This document shows, piece by piece, positions 1-9,089 of a stretch of DNA of 64,000 nt. Source of the stretch: Patescibacteria group bacterium (lineage in GTDB: Bacteria; Patescibacteriota; Minisyncoccia; UBA6257; JACRHW01); the NCBI GenBank assembly GCA_028865725.1, contig JAGWJP010000001.1, forward strand, positions 207,143 to 271,142, read 5' to 3'. Each line of letters begins with the position of its first letter. Positions within the stretch are counted from its first letter, which is position 1. The translations under genes were made by a program, and so were the position numbers. A model generated the notes under the pieces. It made no database searches and had not been told where the DNA came from. It saw only the letters and a list, made by a program, of their open reading frames with translations.

Positions 1-155
1 AAGGTGGAGCGCGATAACTATAATACCGCGGTCGAAGCGTTCAACAACTGCATTGGGCAGTTTCCTGGGAATATTTTTGCGGGCGGAAGAACGGAGAAGC
101 CTATGTTTCAGCTTACTACGCCCGACGCGCAGAATGCGCCGCAAGTAAAGTTCTA
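1..155 (+). CDS. LemA family protein, C-terminal fragment (5' end outside the window)
   Basis: Frame 1 translates to ...NYNTAVEAFNNCIGQFPGNIFAGGRTEKPMFQLTTPDAQNAPQVKF*. This is typical of a LemA C-terminus. A TPM-domain gene follows, which is the usual LemA-TPM pairing. Confidence 0.5.
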
Positions 156-240
156 AGATTTTTAAGGGGTGCTGTCGCGTATGAAAGCGGCGGTGCCCCT
201 TTCTTATAAACCTAAACTCACCCAAAGGAGAAGGGGACCA

Positions 241-972
241 ATGAAAAGAATTGCGGTATTAATGCTTGGTGTCATGATATTTTTGATGAGCGGATGTACA
301 CCTGCCGTGCATAAGGATTTGAAACCTACAGGCTATGTGAATGATTTTGCGAATGTGTTGTCTCTTCAAACGAAAGGCAAGCTTGAGTCCGACCTTTTGA
401 ATTACAAAAAGACGACGACGAATGAAGTGGTAGTGGTGACTGTCGATTCGCTCGACGGGCAGGATATCGCTGATTTTGCAAATCATCTCGCACGCAAGTG
501 GGGCATAGGGACGAAAGAAAAGAATAACGGCGTGTTGATTCTTGTTGTGAAAGACACGGGAAAGCGTAGGATTGAGGTGGGGCGTGGTCTCGAGGGTGTG
601 CTGCCCGACGCGACAGCAAAGAGTATTCTTCTTGAAACAAGGCCACAGTTTAAGAATAGGCAATATGACGAGGGCGTAAGTCTTCTTGTTGAAAAGGTGG
701 TTCTTGCAACCAAGGGAGAATATAAAGCTCCGCCTACCGAGGAACAGCGTTTCATCGCATGGTTCATCTCGCTTGCATGGTGGGAGAAAGTGCTATTTGT
801 CATAGGTGCCCTTATTCTTTTGTGCCTTGTTATTGCGGCGCTTGGTTCTGATAGTGGTAGCGCTATCGTAGGAGCGTTCATCGGTGGCGCGCTTGGTGGT
901 GATGATTCAGGCGGTGGAGGTTTTGGGGGTTTCGGCGGTGGAGATTTCGGCGGTGGCGGAGCCAGCGATTAG
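241..972 (+). CDS. TPM-domain (YgcG/TLP18.3-like) lipoprotein with glycine-rich C-terminal tail
   Basis: MKRIAVLMLGVMIFLMSGC is a lipobox signal. The TPM core reads VNDFANVLS...VVTVDSLDGQDIADFANHLARKWGIG...NGVLILVV. A transmembrane segment and a GGFGGFGGGDFGGGG tail follow. AAGGAG lies upstream of the ATG at 241. Confidence 0.6.
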   Translation: MKRIAVLMLGVMIFLMSGCTPAVHKDLKPTGYVNDFANVLSLQTKGKLESDLLNYKKTTTNEVVVVTVDSLDGQDIADFANHLARKWGIGTKEKNNGVLILVVKDTGKRRIEVGRGLEGVLPDATAKSILLETRPQFKNRQYDEGVSLLVEKVVLATKGEYKAPPTEEQRFIAWFISLAWWEKVLFVIGALILLCLVIAALGSDSGSAIVGAFIGGALGGDDSGGGGFGGFGGGDFGGGGASD

Positions 973-1092
973 GAGTTAAAAAAAGAAAATAGCGTCCATG
1001 AGAGGCGCTTTTTGTTTTCCCAGTAAAAAAGTAGACAAACGAAGAAATATTATGTCATTATATTTTCGTATCCCCGAAAGGAGGAGAATGAG

Positions 1093-1383
1093 ATGCTAGA
1101 GTTCAAAAGGACAGCGGGCGGATTCGCGGTGCATGTTAATGGACAGCTCTTTGGCCACATCTCGAAAGAGCGTGGATTCTTTACCGACTCATCTGTGGTG
1201 AAGGCGTTTCTTGAGGTGTCCCCAGATGATCTTGAGCAGATTGTTCATAAGGCAAAGGAAGTGATGACGCATGGAGTGAATATTCCTACTTGTTCTGCTT
1301 GCCACGGTACACCCCAATTTCCCGCAATGATTTATAATCCAAATGAAGGTATGCAGTTATGTCAAAATGAACTTCATTCATGA
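1093..1383 (+). CDS. hypothetical small protein
   Basis: 96-aa ORF with GGAGGAG upstream and ATG at 1093. No recognisable domain. Confidence 0.35.
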   Translation: MLEFKRTAGGFAVHVNGQLFGHISKERGFFTDSSVVKAFLEVSPDDLEQIVHKAKEVMTHGVNIPTCSACHGTPQFPAMIYNPNEGMQLCQNELHS

Positions 1384-1551
1384 GGGCATACGCTAAGGTT
1401 AAGGCACAGGCTACTTCTTATGAAGTAGTTTTTATTCTGAGTGCGGGTGCTTCAAAGCCGAAGCTGCGAGGAGGGTATAAGTTTTTTGGTTTCCAAGAAT
1501 GTTCCATGTTTTATATGTTATGCCTCTCCTTTGATGACTTAGGATAAGTGC

Positions 1552-1579
1552 TTGACATTATAAATCCGTTCTGTACAAT
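1552..1579 (+). promoter_or_regulatory. sigma70-like promoter candidate for the 23S-5S rRNA operon
   Basis: TTGACA at 1552-1557 and TACAAT at 1574-1579 are separated by a 16-nt spacer. The pair lies ~410 nt upstream of the mature 23S 5' end. Confidence 0.35.
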
Positions 1580-2622
1580 AAGAGAACACGAATAATGGAT
1601 ATCAGAGCATACGAAAAAGGGTTTTGAAGAAAAGGGTTTTCAACCACTTCTTTTCAAAACCGCTCTTGTTTCCCGATGAGGCGGTTTTTAAAAATATGAC
1701 GATTGGCTATCCAGTTCTCCGACTTTGAAAGAGGGTGGAGAACTGGGAAGCGAATCAGTGACGGAGGAAGGACTGGTGTTTGAAAAGTGAACATATTTCG
1801 TAAATCGCATTTTCCCAGCTTATAAGGTGTAAACCATATAAGCGGGTTATCTCTTTTATGAGGAAGCAATTCTTCATAATAAGAAAATCAAACGATTTCC
1901 CTAAGTCCTCATGACATGCAAATGTGATGAGGCAGCGTTGAATGTAGAAAGACTCTTCCAAGTCTGTTCAACGTGTAATATCTATCTAGTTGGATACGGG
2001 TAATAGTAAGGGCACACGGTGGATGCCTAGACACTAAAAGGCGATGAAGGACGTAGCGTAGCTGCGATAAGTTTCGGGGAGGTGTGTAGCAACCTTTGAT
2101 CCGGAAATTTCCGAATGGGGCAACCCAGCACAGCAAACCTGTGTTACTTCGATATTAATAAATCGAAGGGCAAACCTGCTGAAGTGAAACATCTCAGTAA
2201 GCAGTGGAAAAGAAAAAATGTACGCGAATTTATACTGGCGTACAGGATGGCACATGTCATCGCGTCGTCAGTATAAATTCGCATTATTTCCTCAGTAGCG
2301 GCGAGCGAACAGGAAAGAGCCCAAACTTATTAGTCCTGAGTTTATCGAAGGATTGATAAGGGTTGTAGGGGAAAACACTCAATGTTTTAATTGTTCTGTA
2401 TCGGTCTTGTGCTTACAAGACTGGGAGAACAATTAGAACGTTGTAAAGAGTTACAAAATGAGTTCTTAGCTGAATCTGCCTGGAAAGCAGAGCCAAAGAG
2501 GGTGATGGCCCCGTAAGCGAAAAGAATTTCATCTCTTGTTTTTATCCCTGAGTACACCGACAAACGAAAGCGTTGGTGGAAGCATCCCACACTACAGGGA
2601 AAGGCTAAATACTTTTAGTGAT

Positions 2623-2659
<37 letters not shown>

Positions 2660-3748
2660 TAGGCCGGGAGGCCGATGAAATAGAACCTGAAACCGTGTGC
2701 TTACAAGGAATCGGAGCCCCCCACCATTTTTACTGATAGGCGTTGTTGTCTTCTTCTCTGTTGAAAAGAAGACAATAGCGTAAAATCAAAGATGCACTAT
2801 TGGTGAAAATGGTGGGGGGTGACGGTGTGCCTATTGAAGAATGAGTCAGCGAGTTATCCTGCATTGCTCGTTTAACCCCGCCCCACTTTTATGAAAAATG
2901 TTGTTGTACCAGCATTGAGTAATAGTGCATAACTGGTCTCTTTTGGTGGAGGAGATATCATGTTGTAGAAGTGGGGCGGGGGAAGGCAAAGCGAAAGCGA
3001 GTCTGAATAGGGCGTCGCATTTTCTAAGTTTATACGTTTTTGTCGCAAGACCGAACGTATAGACTTGGGATTTTGCAAGCAGTGCGGGCTAGACCCGAAG
3101 CCGGGTGAGCTTGCCGTGGCCAGGATGAAAGTCGACGAAAGTCGACTGGAGGTCCGAACCGGTTGGTTGTGCAAAACCTTCGGATGAGCTGCGGTAAGGA
3201 GTGAAAAGCTAATCGAACTCGGTAATAGCTGGTTCTCTCCGAAATAGTTCTAGGACTAGCCTTGGGACAACTACGTGTGGGGGGTAGAGCACTGGATGAA
3301 GGGTAAAGGGCTTCGGCTCGGCCGTTCAATCAAACTCCGAATACCCATACGACTATCCTGGGAGTCAGACAGTGGGGGCTAAGCTCCATAGTCAAAAGGG
3401 CAAGAACCCTGATGTTCATCTAAGGTCCCTAAGTTTTGACTAAGTGTAAAGGAAGTGACAAGCCGAAGACAGATAGGAGGTTGGCTTAGAGGTAGCCATC
3501 CTTTAAAGATTGTGTAACAACTCACTATCATATCCCTCACCTTTCGGTCGTAGATTTTTGTCAGATTAAGTTATTATTTTCTTATTTCTGATTATCAATG
3601 TACGTTCGAAAGGTGAGGGACTGGCTTGTTGCGCCGAAGATATATCGGGACTAAGTCAAATACCGAAGATAACAATTCCGTGCCTCACTTTTGTGTATAT
3701 ATGTATAAAATATAAGGAAATCTATCGAAATTAAGAAAAGGGATTTAT

Positions 3749-3885
3749 GTGGAGGTAGCTCAATTGGCAGAGCTTCAAGGAGGTGGTTCGTCATCATGCG
3801 ACGGGCAAGTGTGCGCACGCTTACCCGTAGCAGACACCTGCTAAAACCTTGAAGGTTCGAGGTTCGAATCCTCGCTTCCACACCA
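3749..3885 (+). ncRNA. tRNA-like element with genomically encoded CCA, embedded in the helix-45 intervening sequence of the 23S rRNA
   Basis: The acceptor stem is GTGGAGG/CTTCCAC with one G-U pair. U8 and A9 are present. The D-arm is GCTC-AATTGGCA-GAGC. The T-arm is CGAGG-TTCGAAT-CCTCG. Discriminator A and CCA follow. The anticodon-arm position (TCAAG...CTTGA) carries a ~68-nt structured insertion (AGGTG...CACCT, ACGGGCAAG...CTTACCCGT), so no normal anticodon loop exists. Confidence 0.5.
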
Positions 3886-5234
3886 GGGAAGCAGCGTCTT
3901 CCCTCCCTTTTCTTGGTTTTGATAGTGAAAATATATCCATAAAAGCGAGGCACGGTCTGGTAGGAGAGCATTCCAAGGGCGTTGAAGGTCAATCCGCGAG
4001 GAAGACTGGAGCGCTTGGAAGAGAGAATGCTGACATGAGTAACCGCAAGCACGATGAGAATTCGTGCCCCCGCAAATCCAAGGTTTCCGTGGCAATGGAA
4101 GTCAGCCACGGGTTAGGCGGCCCTAAGGCGATGGCGAAAGCCGCAGCTAATGGACAGCTGGTTAATATTCCAGCCCTCCGACATAACGTTCGATGGGGTG
4201 ACGAAAGAAATAAATGGGAGGGGATCAATGGTTATTCCCTCATTTGAGCTGAGAATGGTGTATTAGGAAAATCCGGTACACTATCTTTAATGATGGCATT
4301 CGGGCTTCGATGAAAGCGGGGATTATATTCTCGCGATTCCCGTGAAGAGCTTTCCAAGAAAACCCTCTAAGAATTAAGGTATGGCGGACCCGTACTGTAA
4401 ACCGACACAGGTGGATGAGGCGAGTAGCCTCAGGGGAACGGGTGATTTCTCGTTAAGGAACTCGGCAAAAAAGCGACCGTAACTTCGGGATAAGGTCTGG
4501 CTCACGCAAGTGAGCCCGCAGCTAAAGTTTCTCTGGCGACTGTTTACCAAAAACACAGCTCCCTGCTAACTCGTAAGAGGATGTATAGGGGGTGACGCCT
4601 GACCAATGCGAGAAGGTTAACGGTGGCGGTGTGTGCAGCACTTAGTTTGTAAGTAAGTAACGCTTATCAATTAAGTGCTGTGCATGCTAACTGCCCGAAG
4701 CCCTCGTCAATGTCGGCGATAACTATAATCGTCCAAAGGTAGCGCAACTCCTTGTCGGGTAAGTTCCGACGTGCATGAATGGCGTAACGACTGGAGAACT
4801 GTCTCAACGAGAAGCCCGGTGAAAGTGCGACACCAGCGAAGACGCTGGTACCCTATAGCGGGACGAAAAGACCCCGGGAGCTTTACTGTAGCTTGATATT
4901 GGGTTTACGTTCTAATTACGTAGCGTAGTGGGGAGAGGTTGAAGGTTTGATTTCGGTTGGACTGGACTCGTCAATGAAACACCCATTTTTTAGAATGTAT
5001 ATCCTAACCTTTGCGGAAAAACCGCAGGGGGACAGTGTCTGGTGGGCAGTTTTCGTGGGGCGCGATCCTCCCAAAGAGTAACGGAGGAGTTTATCAAGGT
5101 CAGCTTAGCCTGGATGGAAATCAGGCTGGACGTGTAAAGGCACAAGCTGGCTTAACGGCAAGGCTTACAAGCCGCGCCGATGCGAAAGCAGAACTTAATG
5201 ACCCGATGGCACTTTGTAGAAAGGCCTGAGACAT

Positions 5235-5270
<36 letters not shown>

Positions 5271-5401
5271 GGTCCGAGCGTCCCTAGCGACGACCAGGTT
5301 CGGCACCTCGATGTCGGCTCATCTTATCCTGGGACTGAAGAAGGCCCCAAGGGTTTGGCTGTTCGCCAATTAAAAAGATACGCGAGCTGGGTTCAAACCG
5401 T

Positions 5402-5850
5402 TAAGAGACGGACGTTATGAACATGAATCATATCGCTCGGTTTTTTAACAGTTTGAACCCCGAGGAAAAGACATGAGTCACGGCGGCATCTAAACATTTG
5501 TTTAGTGTAAAGTTAACTTATATCGGTAGAATCCACTCATCAATGGACAATACCGAGGGAACAATGCAAAACTCAAAATGCAAAATTATGAAGATATGAA
5601 AATGTGCATTTTCATATCTTCATTTTAAACTTTGAGATTTACTTTTTACATTTAAGTATCATGAAATGACACGATTGGCCCGTAGAGACTACACGTTAAC
5701 TATTCCTAAATAGAAAGACTCGAACTTTTAAGGGAAAGTTCGTTCGATCTTAAAGATTTAGGAAGAAAGATATAGTCCAATACACTTAGTAATAAGTGAA
5801 AACAACCACTGAGCTTTTATTCTTACGAGAGTTGAAGTGAAGTAATATGC
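5402..5850 (+). other. ~450-nt ORF-less insertion in 23S domain V, a candidate group I intron or large intervening sequence
   Basis: The conserved sequence GGGTTCAAACCGT ... GTGAGACAGGTTGGTCTCTATCTGC corresponds to E. coli GGGUUUAGAACGUCGUGAGACAGUUCGGUCCCUAUC at ~2586-2615. It is split by ~450 nt of AT-rich structured sequence containing a perfect 16-bp hairpin, GAAGATATGAAAATGTGCATTTTCATATCTTC. No ORF longer than 60 aa is present. Confidence 0.35.
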
Positions 5851-5992
5851 GTGAGACAGGTTGGTCTCTATCTGCTATAGGCGTTCGAAACTTGAGAGGA
5901 GTTGCCCTTTGTACGAGAGGATCAGGGTGAACGAGCCTCTGGTGTATCGGCTTTCATACCAATGGAATTGCCGAGTAGCTATTGCACGGAAG

Positions 5993-6025
<33 letters not shown>

Positions 6026-6195
6026 CACCTCAAGATTAGGTTTCGTGGTTCGACGCGAGTCGAACGAAAGACCCCTTGAAGATGACAAGGTTGATAGGCT
6101 TCAGGTGTAAGGCCAGTAATGGTTTCAGCCGAGAAGTACTAATAGGTCGAACTTCCCGTATCCAACTAGGTTGATATTGGAAAATTTATTTCTTT

Positions 6196-6310
6196 GGCGC
6201 ACTGCTTTGTCAGAAGCTGCGTTTCTCGCTCACTGTACTTTCCTCGTACAGCTCGCAAGAAGCCTTGCTTCTTTCGCGCATTGCATCCAAATAAAATAAA
6301 TTTTCAGGAT
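6196..6310 (+). repeat. dispersed structured repeat, copy A, in the 23S-5S spacer
   Basis: TGCTTTGTCAGAAGCTGCGTTTCTCGCTC-[hairpin CTGTAC..GTACAG]-CTCGCAAGAAGCC..TTCTTTCGCGCATTGCATCCAAAT. It is about 80% identical to the copies at 9880 and 25925. Confidence 0.6.
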
Positions 6311-6418
6311 CGGAAGTTGTTTGTTGATTCCAAGGTTCATTTGCCTTGGGTAGAAAAAATGCGGTCTACGAAATATGGCTACTGTTACTGAGATCGTACC
6401 ACACATTTTTGGTATTGA

Positions 6419-6538
6419 TCTCTTGGTGATTTAGCGTTCTAGGAACCACCTCTTCCCATTCCGAACAGAGTCGTGAAAATAGAAAGCCCTGATGATACTG
6501 CTTGCGCAAGCGAGGGGGAAAGTAAGGTTTGCCGAGAG
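6419..6538 (+). rRNA. rrf: 5S ribosomal RNA
   Basis: TCTTGGTGATTTAGCG...CCCATTCCGAACAGAG...GCCGAGAG. The CCGAAC loop C motif is present and the terminal helix pairs. It lies 250 nt downstream of the 23S. Confidence 0.75.
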
Positions 6539-6647
6539 TTCAATATCCGAAATGTGTGGTATTTTTTAGCTTTTAGGAATGAAGTTGACTTTTTGAGGAG
6601 ATGTGATATACTACTAACTAGTATCCGAAAGGAAGGAGCATGATCTC

Positions 6648-6950
6648 ATGCTTACTGGAGCCGGTGATGTTGCAGTATTGGCCATTGTTGGATATCTTTT
6701 ATTGTTTGCTTTGGCGTATGTTTACCATACGATTGTATCTCAACATACTGAAGAAGTTGAGCGCTATTTGAAGTATGTGCGCCATGAGGTATGGTTGCGA
6801 CAATGTGAGGATGAGGCAGTAGGACGTGATTTTGGGTGGCGTCAATCTGCTTTCTGGGCCATCAATCAGAAGAAGATGGTTAGCAAGTGGTGGAAAAAGC
6901 CTGAAGATTGCATCCCTGATAAACGATTTTACGAACAAAAAAGTTCTTAA
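6648..6950 (+). CDS. hypothetical membrane protein
   Basis: 100-aa ORF with an N-terminal transmembrane helix (VAVLAIVGYLLLFALAYV). GGAAGGAG RBS 8 nt upstream of the ATG. A terminator follows. Confidence 0.4.
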   Translation: MLTGAGDVAVLAIVGYLLLFALAYVYHTIVSQHTEEVERYLKYVRHEVWLRQCEDEAVGRDFGWRQSAFWAINQKKMVSKWWKKPEDCIPDKRFYEQKSS

Positions 6951-6954
6951 TACA

Positions 6955-6980
6955 AGCGCCTTTGATGGGCGCGTTTTTTA
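6955..6980 (+). terminator. rho-independent terminator
   Basis: AGCGCC-TTTGATG-GGCGCG followed by TTTTTT. Confidence 0.55.
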
Positions 6981-7090
6981 GCATGTTTAGACAATATGGA
7001 TAAGTTGAGATTCAGATGCAGTATGGACATCTTTTGATGTATGTGCTATCTTTGATTTGGCTCATAAAAATTAAATAAGGAGAAAGTAAG

Positions 7091-7960
7091 ATGGATATTA
7101 GCGCATTGGCTCTGAGCGTCGCGATCCGCTATACTCTCTTGGACAAGGAGTTGCAAGAGGCCGCCAAGTCTCTTAAGGACGTTTATGCTTATGAGCGTGC
7201 TCATGACGTATCCCGTAGAGATGTGGTGCAACGGAAGAGGACCGTTTCTGTGTTAAGGCGGGGAAAATCCATATTACATACGCAGGGTATCGTACTTCCA
7301 CTACATCAGTATGTCGTGACGGTAGAATATGATACTCCGATTGCGCTGACTCAGGAATTACTACAGTTCGAACTCAAGCAATTTGAGATTGCTCATTTGC
7401 GTTCGGATTCGTTTGGAGACGATCTTGCGTTGAAGCCAAGCGGTTTGTCGAAGCTTACCGGGTTTTGGGGAGGACACAAGAACAGCATATATACTGAGGA
7501 ACCTATTTCTCGCGATCCATGGTGTGAAGTGGAGATGCTTGTCCCGGGAGCGGCGGATGAGACAGCAAGGCGGGCGCTTGTGTCTCTCGGGAGTCAAGTT
7601 TATTTTCCAGAACGTAATTCAGATGGATCATGGACTACCAGAACGCCATCAAGCACGCAAACCAGCGGAGTACCTCATATTCTTTTTCGAAAGAAATTTG
7701 ATTGTGCGGTTTCTCCAGATTTTGAGAGATTGTTGTATGGGTTGGCGGCATCCCTCAGGGATATTATTGTCCAACATTGCAGTATGAAGGAGATACCGGC
7801 GGAAGCAATGAATTTCGTTATTCCTCATGCGTTTATTTCATCGAAGATTCCTATCGGCGAGCCTTATGAAAAGGAGTTGTGGATTTACGGAAAACAACGC
7901 ACGATGCGTGCACAAGACTTGGTTGAGATATCGCGTGATTGGTTTTTTAACCTTAGGTAA
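7091..7960 (+). CDS. hypothetical protein
   Basis: 289-aa ORF with AGGAGAAAG RBS. No recognisable motif. Confidence 0.5.
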   Translation: MDISALALSVAIRYTLLDKELQEAAKSLKDVYAYERAHDVSRRDVVQRKRTVSVLRRGKSILHTQGIVLPLHQYVVTVEYDTPIALTQELLQFELKQFEIAHLRSDSFGDDLALKPSGLSKLTGFWGGHKNSIYTEEPISRDPWCEVEMLVPGAADETARRALVSLGSQVYFPERNSDGSWTTRTPSSTQTSGVPHILFRKKFDCAVSPDFERLLYGLAASLRDIIVQHCSMKEIPAEAMNFVIPHAFISSKIPIGEPYEKELWIYGKQRTMRAQDLVEISRDWFFNLR

Positions 7961-7993
7961 CGCAAATAGAAACCCGAGTACTTTTATTATCCC

Positions 7994-8299
7994 ATGTACT
8001 GCAGGGAGGTGATGAGCGTGGGATTCTATGCAGTTGAGGACAGATATCGTCAGCTGATTCTCAGAAATCCTGATGGACTGGAAGCAAAAGTGTTTCGTAT
8101 TTTTAACGTGCAGCCGCGCCTTGTGGGCCCAGGGCTCTTTTGCCTTCGCCCCGTCGATCTTAAGAATACGGATGATTGGGAGATGTTTATGCGTTCCGCA
8201 CGCGGTGATTTTGCTCATTTGCGTGAAACGTTCACTATTCAGGATCGAGTGCGTGCCGAAGAAATTTTTGAGGAAGCAACACAGCTCCTGCGTAGTTAG
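7994..8299 (+). CDS. hypothetical protein
   Basis: 101-aa ORF in the same orientation and cluster as 7091. Confidence 0.4.
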   Translation: MYCREVMSVGFYAVEDRYRQLILRNPDGLEAKVFRIFNVQPRLVGPGLFCLRPVDLKNTDDWEMFMRSARGDFAHLRETFTIQDRVRAEEIFEEATQLLRS

Positions 8300-8336
8300 C
8301 GAAGAAATCGTCTATAGTATTTCTAAAAAAGCAAGA

Positions 8337-8362
8337 GGCGTCTCATAAGGACGTCTTTTTTG
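8337..8362 (+). terminator. rho-independent terminator
   Basis: GGCGTC-TCATAAG-GACGTC followed by TTTTTTGTTTTTTT. Confidence 0.55.
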
Positions 8363-8456
8363 TTTTTTTACCGTGGAACTATGAGCAAAAGTATTACCTT
8401 TACAAATTATATTTAATATGTTATATTGATTTTATACCTTGAAAGGAGGTCTCGCT

Positions 8457-8999
8457 ATGGGACTTAAAAGGATAGTGAAAGAATGGTGGGTAAGGCCATT
8501 GGATCGCCTTCGAGCGATGGAACCTGATTTGCGCCACATGGCTGAAATGTTTGCGGTGCTTCTCGATGATTGTGCGGTCCAAGAAAAAAGCGCACCTTTC
8601 TTGCTCGTCAAGTTCTTTCATGAAGTGTCTAGGCTGCATGATAAGATGAGCGAATTTTATGCGATGATTCAGGCCTTTGAGAGCGTGAATGACGGGCGCT
8701 ACGACGCACTCATCCGCGATCTTCATGCGATGAGTGTGCACATTCAAGCTGCGGGCCGCAACCGCTATCAGATGAATCGTACCGAAAAGGGTGAGACGGT
8801 AACTCCTGAAAATGTCTTTCTTGGTGGTATCTTCGGCATTTGGACTTTTTCTGTCGCATATTGGATGGAACACCAGGAGAGTGATGCATTTCCCGTTATT
8901 GTTGAGCAAGCGAAGTGTTTTATGGAGTTCCATGTTTTTTTCATGATAAAAACTACGACGAAGCTTCTCGTAATGACTGACACGGGACGCTACGAGTAG
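8457..8999 (+). CDS. hypothetical protein
   Basis: AAAGGAGG RBS then ATG at 8457 (MGLKRIVKEWW...). 180 aa. A terminator follows. Confidence 0.5.
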   Translation: MGLKRIVKEWWVRPLDRLRAMEPDLRHMAEMFAVLLDDCAVQEKSAPFLLVKFFHEVSRLHDKMSEFYAMIQAFESVNDGRYDALIRDLHAMSVHIQAAGRNRYQMNRTEKGETVTPENVFLGGIFGIWTFSVAYWMEHQESDAFPVIVEQAKCFMEFHVFFMIKTTTKLLVMTDTGRYE

Positions 9000-9022
9000 T
9001 TTATAGAAATAGTAAAAACACA

Positions 9023-9046
9023 CCGCCTTTCGAGAGGCGGTTTTTC
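9023..9046 (+). terminator. rho-independent terminator
   Basis: CCGCCTT-TCGAG-AGGCGG followed by TTTTTCTTTTGTTTT. Confidence 0.6.
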
Positions 9047-9089
9047 TTTTGTTTTGGAATGATTTTATGTATAATGGGGTATTCGTTCT

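Noticed and set aside
1600-1720. GCTCTTGTTTCC hairpin region in the rRNA leader as a boxA antitermination element
   Set aside because: There is only a loose resemblance to GCTCTTTAACAA, and there is no boxB/boxC context. This is too weak to call.
5560-5640. Perfect 16-bp palindrome GAAGATATGAAAATGTGCATTTTCATATCTTC as a possible CRISPR repeat or protein-binding operator
   Set aside because: It is a single copy inside the 23S domain-V insertion. No repeat-spacer periodicity occurs anywhere in the window, so it is interpreted as an intron or intervening-sequence structural hairpin.
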